Virus record (IMG/VR): IMGVR_UViG_3300020460_000024
Location: 1 to 41,915 of that record
Strand: one strand, 5' to 3'
Source: a virus
Taxonomy: Duplodnaviria > Caudoviricetes
DNA length: 41,915 nt
In this document: in pieces, positions 26,014 through 35,407 of the stretch
Layout: every line of letters starts with the position of its first letter
How positions within the stretch are numbered: position 1 is the first letter of the stretch
Translations under genes and position numbers: made by a program
The notes under the pieces: generated by a model
Databases searched by the model: none
Told to the model about the DNA's origin: nothing
What the model saw: only the letters and a program-made list of their open reading frames with translations

Positions 26014-26513
26014 TCGTAGGTGTAGATAACGGCTTAGACGGTGGGTTGTGTGCCATCTCAAAACACGACGGTTCGATTATAGACAAGATATCCATGCCGT
26101 GCCTCCAGCGATCTAAGAAAAGAGAAATAGACATACACAAGATCAACAACTGGTTAGTAGATCTCTGCACACCTTTTGAATTAGCTATCGAAGAGCCTCT
26201 CGCGCACGCAAGAAGCTCACAAGCTGTGAGGTCTATGGCCATAAGTTTCGGCAAGTTGCTAGGGATGGCCGAGTCACATGACTACACAGTCAAAAGAGTG
26301 AGTGTTCATAAATGGCAAAAGCATATGCTCGGCAACACAGTCAAAGGCAAAACTAAAGAAGCGGCTCTAGCTGTCGCAGAAGAGCGTGCGCCCCAAGAAA
26401 ACTGGCTCAAGAATAAGAGATGCCGCACCCCCCACGACGGAATGATAGACGCCTACCTTATTGCGCTCTACATCCGTGGAAAAGAAATTAAAGAATTTTC
26501 TGGCGGTGGTTGA
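26010..26513 (+). CDS. RuvC-like Holliday junction resolvase
   Basis: Start at ATG 26010 (ATGA overlap); IVGVDNGLDGG, AIEEP, HKWQK, DGMIDAYLIA acidic RNase H-fold motifs. Confidence 0.8.
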   Translation: MIVGVDNGLDGGLCAISKHDGSIIDKISMPCLQRSKKREIDIHKINNWLVDLCTPFELAIEEPLAHARSSQAVRSMAISFGKLLGMAESHDYTVKRVSVHKWQKHMLGNTVKGKTKEAALAVAEERAPQENWLKNKRCRTPHDGMIDAYLIALYIRGKEIKEFSGGG

Positions 26514-26534
26514 AAGATCTGGTAAATAGCCCGA

Positions 26535-27830
26535 GTGAAAACACTCTACGCACCGCAACAAAGAGCCGCAGACTTCTTTATCAATCAGCTAGTCAAACGT
26601 ATAAACACCTTAGATGGCTCTAGTACAGGGTGTGGTAAGACCGTAGTCGCCTGTTACGTCGCTAAGATGCTGGGGTTCCCAGTTGCGGTAATCTGCCCCA
26701 AGGCAGTCATTACCAGCTGGGAACGTGAGCTTAAGGAGTTCGGTATTGAACCCGTATTTGTCCTCAACTATGAAAAAATACGTACCGGCAACACAAAATT
26801 CATGAGCCGGAAGGGGAAGAAAATTTTCAAATGGCACTTACCGCGGAACACTTTCGTACTGATGGATGAAATCCACAAAGCTAAAGGCCCTTTCACCCTT
26901 AACGCCCAGCTATTGATTTCCCTAGTCCTACAGAAATTCCGAGTCCACGGGATGTCGGCTACCGCCAGTGAGACTCCTGTAGAAATGAGGGCGCTGGGCT
27001 TCTGCCTTGGGCTCCATTCTCTCAACAAAGATGTGTTTCCCCTCCACAACTGGTTTAAGTGGATGCGTAAAAAAGGGTGTCTCAAAGACCAGTGGAACAA
27101 CTGGAAGCTATCGAGACGAAGTGCCCTCAAAGAATTACACGCAGAGATGTATGGACAATGTGCGCGCAGACTAACTGTTAAGGACTTCCCCGACTCATTC
27201 CGCGACAACATGGTTTTCGTGGAACCCATTGACTTCAAGGACTCAAGCAAGATCTTCGATGCTTACGAAGCATTAGGGGTTACACCCGACATCATCACAG
27301 AATTTATAGAGAATGGGACCGTCGCCAGTAGCGAACACCTTATTGTGAACCTAGGAAAAGCTCGTAGGTTGGCGGAATCTTTTAAGGTTCCTGAAATGGC
27401 CGATATGGCACAAGACCTTATTAACGAAGGTAATAGTGTCGTGCTCTTCGTTAACTACAAAGACACTGTGGACGCGCTATGTGGCTTACTAAAATGCGGG
27501 AGAATCGAGGGGGGCCAAACAGCCGAAGAGCGGCAAAAAGTTATCGACGATTTCCAAGCAGATAAAACGCATTGTGTTGTAGCCAATATTGCAGCGGGGG
27601 GTACGGGGATCTCCCTCCACGACACCCACGGCCATAGACCGAGAATTTCACTTATAAGCCCAACATTCGACGCCAAGAGTTACTTACAGACATTAGGGCG
27701 GATTCACAGAAACGGGGGCAAAAGTGATGCCATCCAAAAAATCCTAGTCGCCGCCGGGACAGTCGAAGAATCAGTCATGGCCTCGGTACAACAGAAAGCA
27801 CTCAACATTAAAGAACTACACGGAGAATGA
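26535..27830 (+). CDS. SF2 (SNF2/DExH-like) DNA helicase
   Basis: GSSTGCGKT, MDEIH, SAT, AGGTGISL, QTLGRIHRNG. Confidence 0.9.
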   Translation: MKTLYAPQQRAADFFINQLVKRINTLDGSSTGCGKTVVACYVAKMLGFPVAVICPKAVITSWERELKEFGIEPVFVLNYEKIRTGNTKFMSRKGKKIFKWHLPRNTFVLMDEIHKAKGPFTLNAQLLISLVLQKFRVHGMSATASETPVEMRALGFCLGLHSLNKDVFPLHNWFKWMRKKGCLKDQWNNWKLSRRSALKELHAEMYGQCARRLTVKDFPDSFRDNMVFVEPIDFKDSSKIFDAYEALGVTPDIITEFIENGTVASSEHLIVNLGKARRLAESFKVPEMADMAQDLINEGNSVVLFVNYKDTVDALCGLLKCGRIEGGQTAEERQKVIDDFQADKTHCVVANIAAGGTGISLHDTHGHRPRISLISPTFDAKSYLQTLGRIHRNGGKSDAIQKILVAAGTVEESVMASVQQKALNIKELHGE

Positions 27831-28939
27831 ACACACCAGACCACTCATCCAGAGGACACGCGGAATTTTCGCCCTCGTCATTAAAATACGTAGCAGGCTG
27901 TGCAGGCTACCACGGGAGAGACGGCACTAACGCCGCCGCCGAAATGGGCACCCGCATTCACGAAGCCTTGGAAGTCCACGACCCCTCGGCCCTTCACAAC
28001 GAGCAAGAGCTACAGATCTACGATCAGATCGTGGAGATGGAAGAAGCGTTCATGGGTAACTTCTCGGGGATACAAGAGGAACACAATGAGATACAGGTAG
28101 ACGTAGAACTGGACGGGACAGGCACATGGGGGACCTGTGACCGCTTCCTTATTCTAGAGTCTGGTTCTGAGGCCGTAATGGCCGATTACAAAACCGGTAT
28201 CAGCATCATCGACCCACCAGAGAAGAACTGGCAAGCAAAGGCTTACACGGTTGGGGCGTTCCAGAAGTTCCCTGATATAGAGAAGATTGTCTTCGTATTC
28301 TATGTCCCGCAACACAATGCGAGCCTTCACCACACTTTTGTGCGTTCTGATGTAGACGGGATAGTCTCGGAGCTGAGTGATATAATTAAACAAGCAGAGA
28401 AGATCCGACCTAAATGGAATGAAGGGACTCCTAGTCTGGATGACCTAACCCCCAACGTGAACTGTCGCTTCTGTAGATACGAAGACTCCTGCCCCGCCCT
28501 CGGTGGATTAGTTGTCGAGGTCGCCAAGAAGATCAACCCCCAGCTACCAGACGTAGACATCGAGAACACGGAAGATCCTGAGCTTGTAGAGCAACTATGG
28601 GCCATCGCTAAAATCGTTTCCAACTGGGCAGACCGTTTCAAAAAGAAAGCAGTAGCCCTAGCAAAAGACGGGACTGAATTTCCCTCACTGAAACTACGAA
28701 GTATGGGCTCGTCTCGCCGTATCATGGACAACAAAAGTCTGCTAGAAGTAGCCGCAGAATTTGGTGTCAGCGCCGAAGATGTGTTGGAACACGCGAATAT
28801 CCCATTGGCGAAACTTGCTAAGGCTGTAGGTGATACAGCCGAAAAAGGAGGAAAGAGAAAATTATCTGACAATTTCGTTGACGCCTGTCAAGATGCGGGC
28901 ATTATCGAAACATCAGACCCGCGATACACATTATCGTAG
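27827..28939 (+). CDS. Cas4-like PD-(D/E)xK exonuclease (DUF2800-like)
   Basis: HAEFSPSS...C, GTRIH, GTCD...ADYKTG, QAKAY, CRFCRYEDSC; four Cys consistent with an Fe-S cluster. Confidence 0.85.
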   Translation: MNTPDHSSRGHAEFSPSSLKYVAGCAGYHGRDGTNAAAEMGTRIHEALEVHDPSALHNEQELQIYDQIVEMEEAFMGNFSGIQEEHNEIQVDVELDGTGTWGTCDRFLILESGSEAVMADYKTGISIIDPPEKNWQAKAYTVGAFQKFPDIEKIVFVFYVPQHNASLHHTFVRSDVDGIVSELSDIIKQAEKIRPKWNEGTPSLDDLTPNVNCRFCRYEDSCPALGGLVVEVAKKINPQLPDVDIENTEDPELVEQLWAIAKIVSNWADRFKKKAVALAKDGTEFPSLKLRSMGSSRRIMDNKSLLEVAAEFGVSAEDVLEHANIPLAKLAKAVGDTAEKGGKRKLSDNFVDACQDAGIIETSDPRYTLS

Positions 28940-28968
28940 GTCGTAACCGGAAACAAGAAACACGAACC

Positions 28969-29619
28969 ATGAGTGATGACACTACGGCTCTCGCAGCCGC
29001 ACCTAAAGGAGGGATTATCCCTAACGAAGCTGGCTTCATTATTGACGCCTCGGATATTGATATCCCCCGACTGAACATCGTCCAAAAGACGAGCGACATT
29101 GACGCTCCCTTTGGAAGTGTTGTTCTGGACAAGAAGCACATTATGCTCGCCCCGGAAGCGGCAACCGAAGTCTCGGTTCTAGCTGCAACCAAGGGGTGGC
29201 GCGAAGATGTGCCCTTCGAGGACGACGTAATGCCGCAGATCGCCTACACAGAGGCTGATCGGGCGCGTATTGCCGAGTCTTCGGAATACAACCTGTTGGA
29301 GTTCGCAGAAATTACTCTGCTTTTCCAACAGCCTGAGGACAGTGAAAATGACAGTGCTTACCCATTTACCATTGGTAAGCTCAGTTATGCCCTCGGCAAA
29401 ATCAACGTCGCGAAGGACGCCTACAGGCAAACCTTCAAGCGGTTAGCGACGTACGCAGCCTTCAACCGAGACAAGAATCTCGGGGAAGTTCTGTGGAACT
29501 TTGAGTCCTGCCCCATTACTCGAGGCAAGTATAGTTGGTTTGCACCAATGCTCACCGTTTCTCAGAACACACCTGATAAGGCTGTGACCGCATGGATCAG
29601 GGATTTCAACGGAAACTAA
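28969..29619 (+). CDS. putative single-stranded DNA-binding/annealing protein
   Basis: DIDIPRLNIVQ N-terminal motif and position between exonuclease and polymerase. Confidence 0.5.
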   Translation: MSDDTTALAAAPKGGIIPNEAGFIIDASDIDIPRLNIVQKTSDIDAPFGSVVLDKKHIMLAPEAATEVSVLAATKGWREDVPFEDDVMPQIAYTEADRARIAESSEYNLLEFAEITLLFQQPEDSENDSAYPFTIGKLSYALGKINVAKDAYRQTFKRLATYAAFNRDKNLGEVLWNFESCPITRGKYSWFAPMLTVSQNTPDKAVTAWIRDFNGN

Positions 29620-29621
29620 TT

Positions 29622-29852
29622 ATGTCTGGGGAACCCGTAGATACCACAGTGCCCATCCTCACTAGCGAGGCTAAAATGCTCCAGCAGATGATTTCCAAGC
29701 TGGACGAGCAGCTTCAGGAGTTGGAGTTCAACAAGCTCAAGTTATGTACGGTGCGTGACGCGCTGTTAAAAAACCTTGGGCTGACCGTTGAGCAACTGGA
29801 GCTTCCGCTCGCTTTAGCCGAGGATGAGGGTGAGGAACAAAGTTCCGACTAG
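29622..29852 (+). CDS. small coiled-coil protein with acidic tail
   Basis: ATG 29622, 2 nt after the upstream stop; heptad pattern. Confidence 0.65.
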   Translation: MSGEPVDTTVPILTSEAKMLQQMISKLDEQLQELEFNKLKLCTVRDALLKNLGLTVEQLELPLALAEDEGEEQSSD

Positions 29853-29864
29853 GTAAGATCAAGG

Positions 29865-29952
29865 GGGTTTAGGAAATGCGGCGGGGTGTTGCAGCTCTGG
29901 TTAGTGATGTATCCTGTCCAGTAACCGCATAAAACTGGACTCCCCTAAACCT
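29865..29952 (+). ncRNA. candidate structured cis-regulatory RNA with pseudoknot in the polA leader
   Basis: GGTTTAGG 29866-73 / CCTAAACC 29944-51; GTCCAGT 29916-22 / ACTGGAC 29934-40; loop CCGCAT 29925-30 complementary to ATGCGG 29876-81. Confidence 0.5.
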
Positions 29953-29997
29953 ACGGCCCTCACTGGTTCGTTCATTCCAGTGGGGGCCGTTTTACTT
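29953..29997 (+). terminator. intrinsic terminator/attenuator-like hairpin immediately upstream of polA
   Basis: 14-bp stem 29953-66 / 29977-90 with one G-U pair, 10-nt loop, followed by TTTACTT. Confidence 0.7.
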
Positions 29998-30003
29998 AAA
30001 TCT

Positions 30004-31776
30004 ATGGTTACTTACGCACTTGATTTTGAAACTTACTACGACAAGACCTGCAGTATCAGGACCCTCGGGCCTCTGGGTTACTTCTCTCACCCCGAGTTTG
30101 ACGCCTATATGGTGTCGGTGGTTGGCACCGATGGGACGTCTTTTGTTGGGCACCCGAAAGACTTTCAATGGGATATCCTGAATGATAATGTGGTTCTCAG
30201 CCACAATGCTTCTTTCGATGAAACCCTATATCTATATGGAGTTACCCAGTCGTGGTGGCCCGAAGTCAAACCAGCCGAGTGGCATTGTACCGCAGACATG
30301 GCCGCGTATGTGCGGATTCCTCGCGCGCTCAAGGGGGCTGCTGAAGAAGCTTTTGGGCTCACGGTAGACAAGAGCACCCGCGACAACATGAGCGGGAAGC
30401 GGTGGGAAAAAATGACGGACGAGTTCCGAGAAGAGGTGAGCAACTATGCGCTCGCAGACTCACAGATATGTCTGGACTTGTGGAATACCTACCAGAAGTT
30501 CTGGCCAGAGAGCGAGAAAACCATAAGCACCCTCAACAGAAGGATCGTCCAGCGGGGGCTACCCATCGACACGGATCTCCTGAAGTCCCAGCTAGAGGTA
30601 ATAAACAGTAAATTATTTGAGGCCGAGGAGTCTATTCCGTGGTTGGGGAATGCACCGCTACTAAGTCGGAAAGCTTTCGATGACCAATGTCGGGCCGTAG
30701 GTATTGAACCTCCGGGTAGCCTCGCCGCAACAGACGAGGAGGCACAGAAATGGATAGATTACCACAGCAAGAAACACGCATGGATCGACGCGGTTCGTAG
30801 CTGGCGAAGAATCAACGCGCTCAAGAAAAAGATAGAGAGCTTCGACTTCGCCACTATGCCTGACGGGCGTTACTACGGCGGGATCATGTACTTCGGGGCG
30901 CACACAGGGCGTTTCAGCGGGGGTGGGGGTAACCTGAACCTGCAGAATCTGCCGCGCGATGAGATGTTTGGTGTGAATTTAAGAAACCTGATTGCTACTA
31001 AGCCTGACAAAAAACTGATCGTTGCGGACCTCAGTCAGATTGAGGTACGTACTCTCTGCTGGCTGGCAGAAGACGAGACGATGTTAAAGGAAATCAAAGA
31101 ATCCGAAGACATATACGAGGCATTCGCTATTCGGTTTGGGCAATGGGACAAAGAGAAAGGCCCCCTTAAACAAGACCCCAAGCTGCGCCACAAAATTAAG
31201 GCGATGGTTCTCGGCTGCGGTTACGGGGCGGGTAAAGCTCGGTTCGCTCAGATGTCGGGAATGGAACAGGAAGCCGCCGACGCGGCAGTCGATTTGTACC
31301 GAGAATCAATGCGGTCGGTAACAAAACTGTGGAAGTCGTACAACACAGACATCGCTACTTCTTACGATCTTAGCGTAACAGGTTACCTCACTCCATTTGT
31401 TGTCCCCCTCCCAAGTGGGCGGGTTCTCGACTACGGTGTTATTCGCACGGATGGGAAAGGGAGAGAACGACATTTCGTCTCCAAGTTAATGCGGCACGGT
31501 AAGAAAATAGCCGTAAAGCTTTGGGGTGGGTTCGTAGCAGAGAATGCCTCCCAAGCTCTCGCCCGCGACATTTTCAGCGATATGCTTGTAAGGATACATG
31601 AAGCGGGCTACAAGATCGTGCTCCATGTGCATGACGAGGTGGTTATTGAAGCCGCCGCTGATGAAGCAGAGGATTCCTTGCAACACATCCTGAAAATAAT
31701 GTCTGAACCGCCCAAGTGGATATCTGATATTCCACTCGCCGCTGAAGGCTCAATCTTATCACGTTACACAAAATGA
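30004..31776 (+). CDS. polA: DNA polymerase family A with 3'-5' exonuclease (Leu762 type)
   Basis: ExoI LDFET, ExoII HNASFD, ExoIII YALAD; TGRFS...NLQN; motif A DLSQIEVR; motif B RHKIKAMVLGCGYG; motif C HVHDE. ATG 30004 preferred over GTG 29980, which lies inside the hairpin. Confidence 0.95.
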   Translation: MVTYALDFETYYDKTCSIRTLGPLGYFSHPEFDAYMVSVVGTDGTSFVGHPKDFQWDILNDNVVLSHNASFDETLYLYGVTQSWWPEVKPAEWHCTADMAAYVRIPRALKGAAEEAFGLTVDKSTRDNMSGKRWEKMTDEFREEVSNYALADSQICLDLWNTYQKFWPESEKTISTLNRRIVQRGLPIDTDLLKSQLEVINSKLFEAEESIPWLGNAPLLSRKAFDDQCRAVGIEPPGSLAATDEEAQKWIDYHSKKHAWIDAVRSWRRINALKKKIESFDFATMPDGRYYGGIMYFGAHTGRFSGGGGNLNLQNLPRDEMFGVNLRNLIATKPDKKLIVADLSQIEVRTLCWLAEDETMLKEIKESEDIYEAFAIRFGQWDKEKGPLKQDPKLRHKIKAMVLGCGYGAGKARFAQMSGMEQEAADAAVDLYRESMRSVTKLWKSYNTDIATSYDLSVTGYLTPFVVPLPSGRVLDYGVIRTDGKGRERHFVSKLMRHGKKIAVKLWGGFVAENASQALARDIFSDMLVRIHEAGYKIVLHVHDEVVIEAAADEAEDSLQHILKIMSEPPKWISDIPLAAEGSILSRYTK

Positions 31777-33923
31777 ATTACAGATACATAAAGAACCTAC
31801 GAGACACGAAATGCCACAAGACTTCTGACCCCTCTACTCTTAAGAATAAAAAACCCAAGTTCCAGACTAAGGCTGACTTTAGAGCATGGTGTGCGGACGC
31901 CAAAACCGACCATGTGTTCTATAGCCTTGTTGAGGGTAGCGCACCATCAAAACGAATATCGACAGACAACCCACCCAACATTATCCACGGGATCGTGGCA
32001 GACTACGACGCTCCTGTTAACTGGCCTGAGGTTGATGCGATCATCGGAGCTAAGTGCGCTGCCCACCCACCTACTTGGCGGTCAGAAACTCAATCAGGCT
32101 ATATACGCTTGGTTTGGGAGTTTGAGAAAGCTCTCCCCATCTCTCCAGAGATGTTTGACACGTTTATCAAGTGCCTCAAAAACATAATTAAATTGGACCG
32201 CGTCTTCGCGGGGTTCGATTCTTCATCATTACGGGCATCTCAATATTTTGAGTTGGGGGATAACTGGGTAAACTTGGGGGGTGTCGTGTCTAGTGCAACG
32301 ATACAAACAGCCCTCACTAAGGCGGCGAGTGTAAAACCACCTACAACAAATGACACCGCGATACCTATCGACGTTGTCGCGGAGCAGATAGACCAACAGT
32401 TCCCCAATCGCTGGATAGGCGATTTCGAGGTGGGGGCTCGGGGACCTCTATTCTGGATAGACGACGGGGTCCACAGAGAGGGGTGCCAAGTAGCCGAGGA
32501 CGGTATGATTTGCTACTCAGACCGGGCGGGTAAAGGGTTTGTAAGTTGGCGCGAAATATTCGGGGCTAAGTTTGTTTCTGACTACGAGGAAGCGAAGATG
32601 GGTAACCTCTTAGACGAGTACTGGTTCAACGGAAGAAACTTCTTCAAGTTGCTATACAACTCAGCAGTAACAATCCCCAAAGAACAGCTTGTATTGGAGT
32701 TGCGGCAGACGGGTTTTTCTATGAAGCCTAAGAAGGGGCAGGCTCTTACAGAAGTGGAGGCCGCGATACTAACAATTAGTAACCACAATCGTATTGACGA
32801 GATCGCCCCCGTCATTTTCTCTAAAAATCGCGTGGTTTCATATAACAGCCAGAGAATACTCAACAACGCAAACATATCCCCCGTAGAACCCGATGCCGAC
32901 GGTGACCCTGTTCACTGGCCGTTTATTCATGATTGGCTGGGCCAGCTATTCAAGAACTCCACCCCTATTGTAACAGTAAACTATTTCTACGCTTGGCTTA
33001 AGAGATTTTACGAGGCCGTCATAGACCGAAAAATGTCACAAGGTCAGGCACTGATATTAGTAGGGGCAACCAGCAAGGGGAAGAGCCTGTTGTCAAACAG
33101 AGTTATATCGGGTCTGGTTGGGGGTTATGCAGACGCTAGTGATTATTTATCGGGGCAAACCAAATTCAACAAAGACCTCGGGCGGGTGGCCGCATGGGTC
33201 ATTGACGACACAACATCAGCTGCAAGTTTCCAAGATCAGCGCAAAGCTACCGAGCTAATCAAACGCGCCGTAGCCAACCCAAGGGTCGAATACCAAGCCA
33301 AATACGCCGACGCCCTCTCGGTCCCGTGGGCTGGTAGGGTCGTGCTGTCCCTCAATATGGATGCAAATAGCTTATCTGTTATCCCGGCCCTCGATAGTAG
33401 TAACCGTGACAAACTAATGGCCCTCCGTGTAAGGGACGACGCCCGTAGCAAATTCCCTGCAAACAGCGTGGTGGAGTCCACCATCCAACAAGAACTCCCC
33501 CACTTAGGAAGGTGGTTACTAGACTGGGACCCCCCGGAAGAAGTCATGGTCGGGGGGCGGTTTGGTGTAGCTAGTTTTATTGATGAGTCCGTAGCCTCTG
33601 CCGCTTATGATAACTCCAGCAGATCTTCTATTGCCGAACTGGTTGAGTTCTTCTGCAAGCGGTGCCGGGAACAGAACGACACTATTCCTGAGTGGAAAGG
33701 TACACTTACAGAGTTCCAAGTACTTCTACACGAATTCAACAACGGTAGAAGTGTGGGCATGAGCCACAATCTAGAATTTGTACGTAGGGGGATGGCTTCG
33801 TTGGAAGAGGCGGGCAAAAATAACTCCCATGTGCGCCCCGTGTTCTCCAAGGGTAAGGGAGGGGGAAAGATGTGGACAATCGACCTAGCGAAAAGTTTTG
33901 ACATATCTGAAGCCTCTGCCTAA
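31773..33923 (+). CDS. primase-like N-terminal domain fused to SF3/D5-like P-loop ATPase (DUF5906-like)
   Basis: ADYD and TQSGYIRLVW prim-pol-like motifs; GATSKGKS, WVIDD; follows polA with an ATGA overlap. Confidence 0.75.
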   Translation: MNYRYIKNLRDTKCHKTSDPSTLKNKKPKFQTKADFRAWCADAKTDHVFYSLVEGSAPSKRISTDNPPNIIHGIVADYDAPVNWPEVDAIIGAKCAAHPPTWRSETQSGYIRLVWEFEKALPISPEMFDTFIKCLKNIIKLDRVFAGFDSSSLRASQYFELGDNWVNLGGVVSSATIQTALTKAASVKPPTTNDTAIPIDVVAEQIDQQFPNRWIGDFEVGARGPLFWIDDGVHREGCQVAEDGMICYSDRAGKGFVSWREIFGAKFVSDYEEAKMGNLLDEYWFNGRNFFKLLYNSAVTIPKEQLVLELRQTGFSMKPKKGQALTEVEAAILTISNHNRIDEIAPVIFSKNRVVSYNSQRILNNANISPVEPDADGDPVHWPFIHDWLGQLFKNSTPIVTVNYFYAWLKRFYEAVIDRKMSQGQALILVGATSKGKSLLSNRVISGLVGGYADASDYLSGQTKFNKDLGRVAAWVIDDTTSAASFQDQRKATELIKRAVANPRVEYQAKYADALSVPWAGRVVLSLNMDANSLSVIPALDSSNRDKLMALRVRDDARSKFPANSVVESTIQQELPHLGRWLLDWDPPEEVMVGGRFGVASFIDESVASAAYDNSSRSSIAELVEFFCKRCREQNDTIPEWKGTLTEFQVLLHEFNNGRSVGMSHNLEFVRRGMASLEEAGKNNSHVRPVFSKGKGGGKMWTIDLAKSFDISEASA

Positions 33924-33932
33924 GGAAGATGT

Positions 33933-34145
33933 ATGGCAGGCCCTGATGATATCAACTACCTTGATGAGTTCGCGGATCTTGAACGGGTGGAGACGCGCAT
34001 TCAGCTTATACGAGAAGATTACCGCACTCTAACCAACAGAATCGACCACTACTCTTCGGAGCGCAGTCGGCTGGAAGCTGAGCTTCGATCTCTTAAAGGA
34101 CTGGCTTCTAGGATCAAAGTGATGCGGGAGGACGAAGACATTTGA
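33933..34145 (+). CDS. small coiled-coil protein (70 aa)
   Basis: Heptad pattern; last gene of the + block. Confidence 0.65.
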   Translation: MAGPDDINYLDEFADLERVETRIQLIREDYRTLTNRIDHYSSERSRLEAELRSLKGLASRIKVMREDEDI

Positions 34146-34650
34146 TAGGTAAATGGTACCCGCTTACTTTGTAGGTAAATCCCTCGCTATCTTTCTCTCC
34201 TCGTCTCTTATACTCCCCTTGCTTTAACAGGCTCTTCGTGGGCACCCACCCCAGCAGCCACGCGCGGCTAAGGTCTTTGCGGACACGCACAAAATAATAA
34301 TAATCGGCTGAAGGGTCCCGGCTTTGGGGGCAATTAACCGACGCTGTGAAGTGGGGTTTCGGGCGACTACTACAGCTTTTAGACTTTATATCTATTTTCT
34401 TACCGCCTAGAGAATAGTCGTGGGTAAAACTTCGCCCCCCGACATACCTAGCCTCAGGATATAGAAGGCCAAAAGCGACCTCCCCGAGGAACCCGGTCAT
34501 CCGGCCCACGCCCCGCGTAAACGAACCGGGGGTGACCCCTAGTTTCTGACTGCGCTCAAAAGCTTGCTTAACATTCTCTGATGAGGGGGTGAACACGATG
34601 TACCGGCTCCCCCGTTTCTTAGAGAACTGACGGGGGAGTTTTCGGCTCAT
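34114..34650 (-). CDS. PD-(D/E)xK-like nuclease-fold protein
   Basis: GFLGEVAF...HDY...IDIKSK...DYYYFVRV...WLLGW. Confidence 0.55.
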   Translation of the reverse strand: MSRKLPRQFSKKRGSRYIVFTPSSENVKQAFERSQKLGVTPGSFTRGVGRMTGFLGEVAFGLLYPEARYVGGRSFTHDYSLGGKKIDIKSKSCSSRPKPHFTASVNCPQSRDPSADYYYFVRVRKDLSRAWLLGWVPTKSLLKQGEYKRRGEKDSEGFTYKVSGYHLPIKCLRPPASL

Positions 34651-34943
34651 TACCAGAGATGCTTACATGCCCAATGTCTAGCCGTGGTCTTGTCTGTAGC
34701 AGTGGCGCAGTTGTGGCGCTTACGGAAGTTAGCTCTTCTTTTGGGGTCTTTGTGTTTAGTGAAATCACTATAGTCCCTGTGGCCGTAAGATACTTTCTTC
34801 ACCTTGTTTCCTTGTTTGGCTAAGACCACGAACTTCTTCTTAGATCCTTTGGGGGCTCGTTTAGGTTTATTGATACCCGGAAACGTCTCACCCATGTAAG
34901 ATATTCTACCAGATGGTAAGCGTTTGAATCGTTGTCGGGTCAT
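34650..34943 (-). CDS. small basic conserved viral protein (DUF5754-like)
   Basis: KVSYGHRDYSDFTKHKDPKRRANFRKRH...TARHWACKHLW. Confidence 0.65.
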   Translation of the reverse strand: MTRQRFKRLPSGRISYMGETFPGINKPKRAPKGSKKKFVVLAKQGNKVKKVSYGHRDYSDFTKHKDPKRRANFRKRHNCATATDKTTARHWACKHLW

Positions 34944-35218
34944 GCCATTCTTTTCTTTTGTTTGTTCTTCCTCTTTTTATCCACAAATCTGTGGGCGCGC
35001 CTTTCAGCGTCGGTGTACTTGGCGGTTTGTTTGCCCCTAGCTGTGGCTGCTCGTTTGGCCGCGTTTGCTGCCGCTTTTTCGGAAGACGTTAATTTATTCC
35101 TAACAGCCTTGGGGCCGTACCTCCCCCGCTCGGAACGGGGTTTCTTTTCATCTTCCTTGTTATAGTAACCCCAGTCAGCCTCGGCCCACTTTTTAATGGA
35201 TAATTGTGGAGCTTTCAT
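34940..35218 (-). CDS. small basic protein (resembles C-terminal half of DUF5872-like family)
   Basis: QLSIKKWAEADW...GRYGPKA...LTSSEKAAANAAKR...GKQ. Confidence 0.6.
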   Translation of the reverse strand: MKAPQLSIKKWAEADWGYYNKEDEKKPRSERGRYGPKAVRNKLTSSEKAAANAAKRAATARGKQTAKYTDAERRAHRFVDKKRKNKQKKRMA

Positions 35219-35221
35219 ACT

Positions 35222-35407
35222 CTAAGAGGTGTAACCTCCCCCCTTTTTCTTATACTCCGAAGCTAAGAACTGAGCTTTACGCGCCGACCACTGTCCGGGT
35301 TTACCGCCCTTGGACCCAGCCATGATCTTTTTGAAAAGGGTCTCCCGCATTCCCGGCTTGGTGTAGTTAGCCGCTTTGTTGACTGTAGATTTTTTCTTAG
35401 TAGCCAC
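35222..35407 (-). CDS. small basic protein (resembles N-terminal half of DUF5872-like family; GTG start 35407)
   Basis: YTKPGMRE...AGSKGGKPGQWSARKAQFLASEYKKKGGGY. Confidence 0.65.
   Translation of the reverse strand: MATKKKSTVNKAANYTKPGMRETLFKKIMAGSKGGKPGQWSARKAQFLASEYKKKGGGYTS

Noticed and set aside
27827-28939. Cas4-like nuclease suggesting a CRISPR system
   Set aside because: No repeat-spacer array or other cas genes are present; solo Cas4-like exonucleases are routine in phage replication modules.
29853-30003. Possible tRNA or known self-cleaving ribozyme in the intergenic gap
   Set aside because: No cloverleaf with T/D-loop consensus, and no hammerhead, twister or pistol core recognised; kept as an unclassified structured RNA instead.
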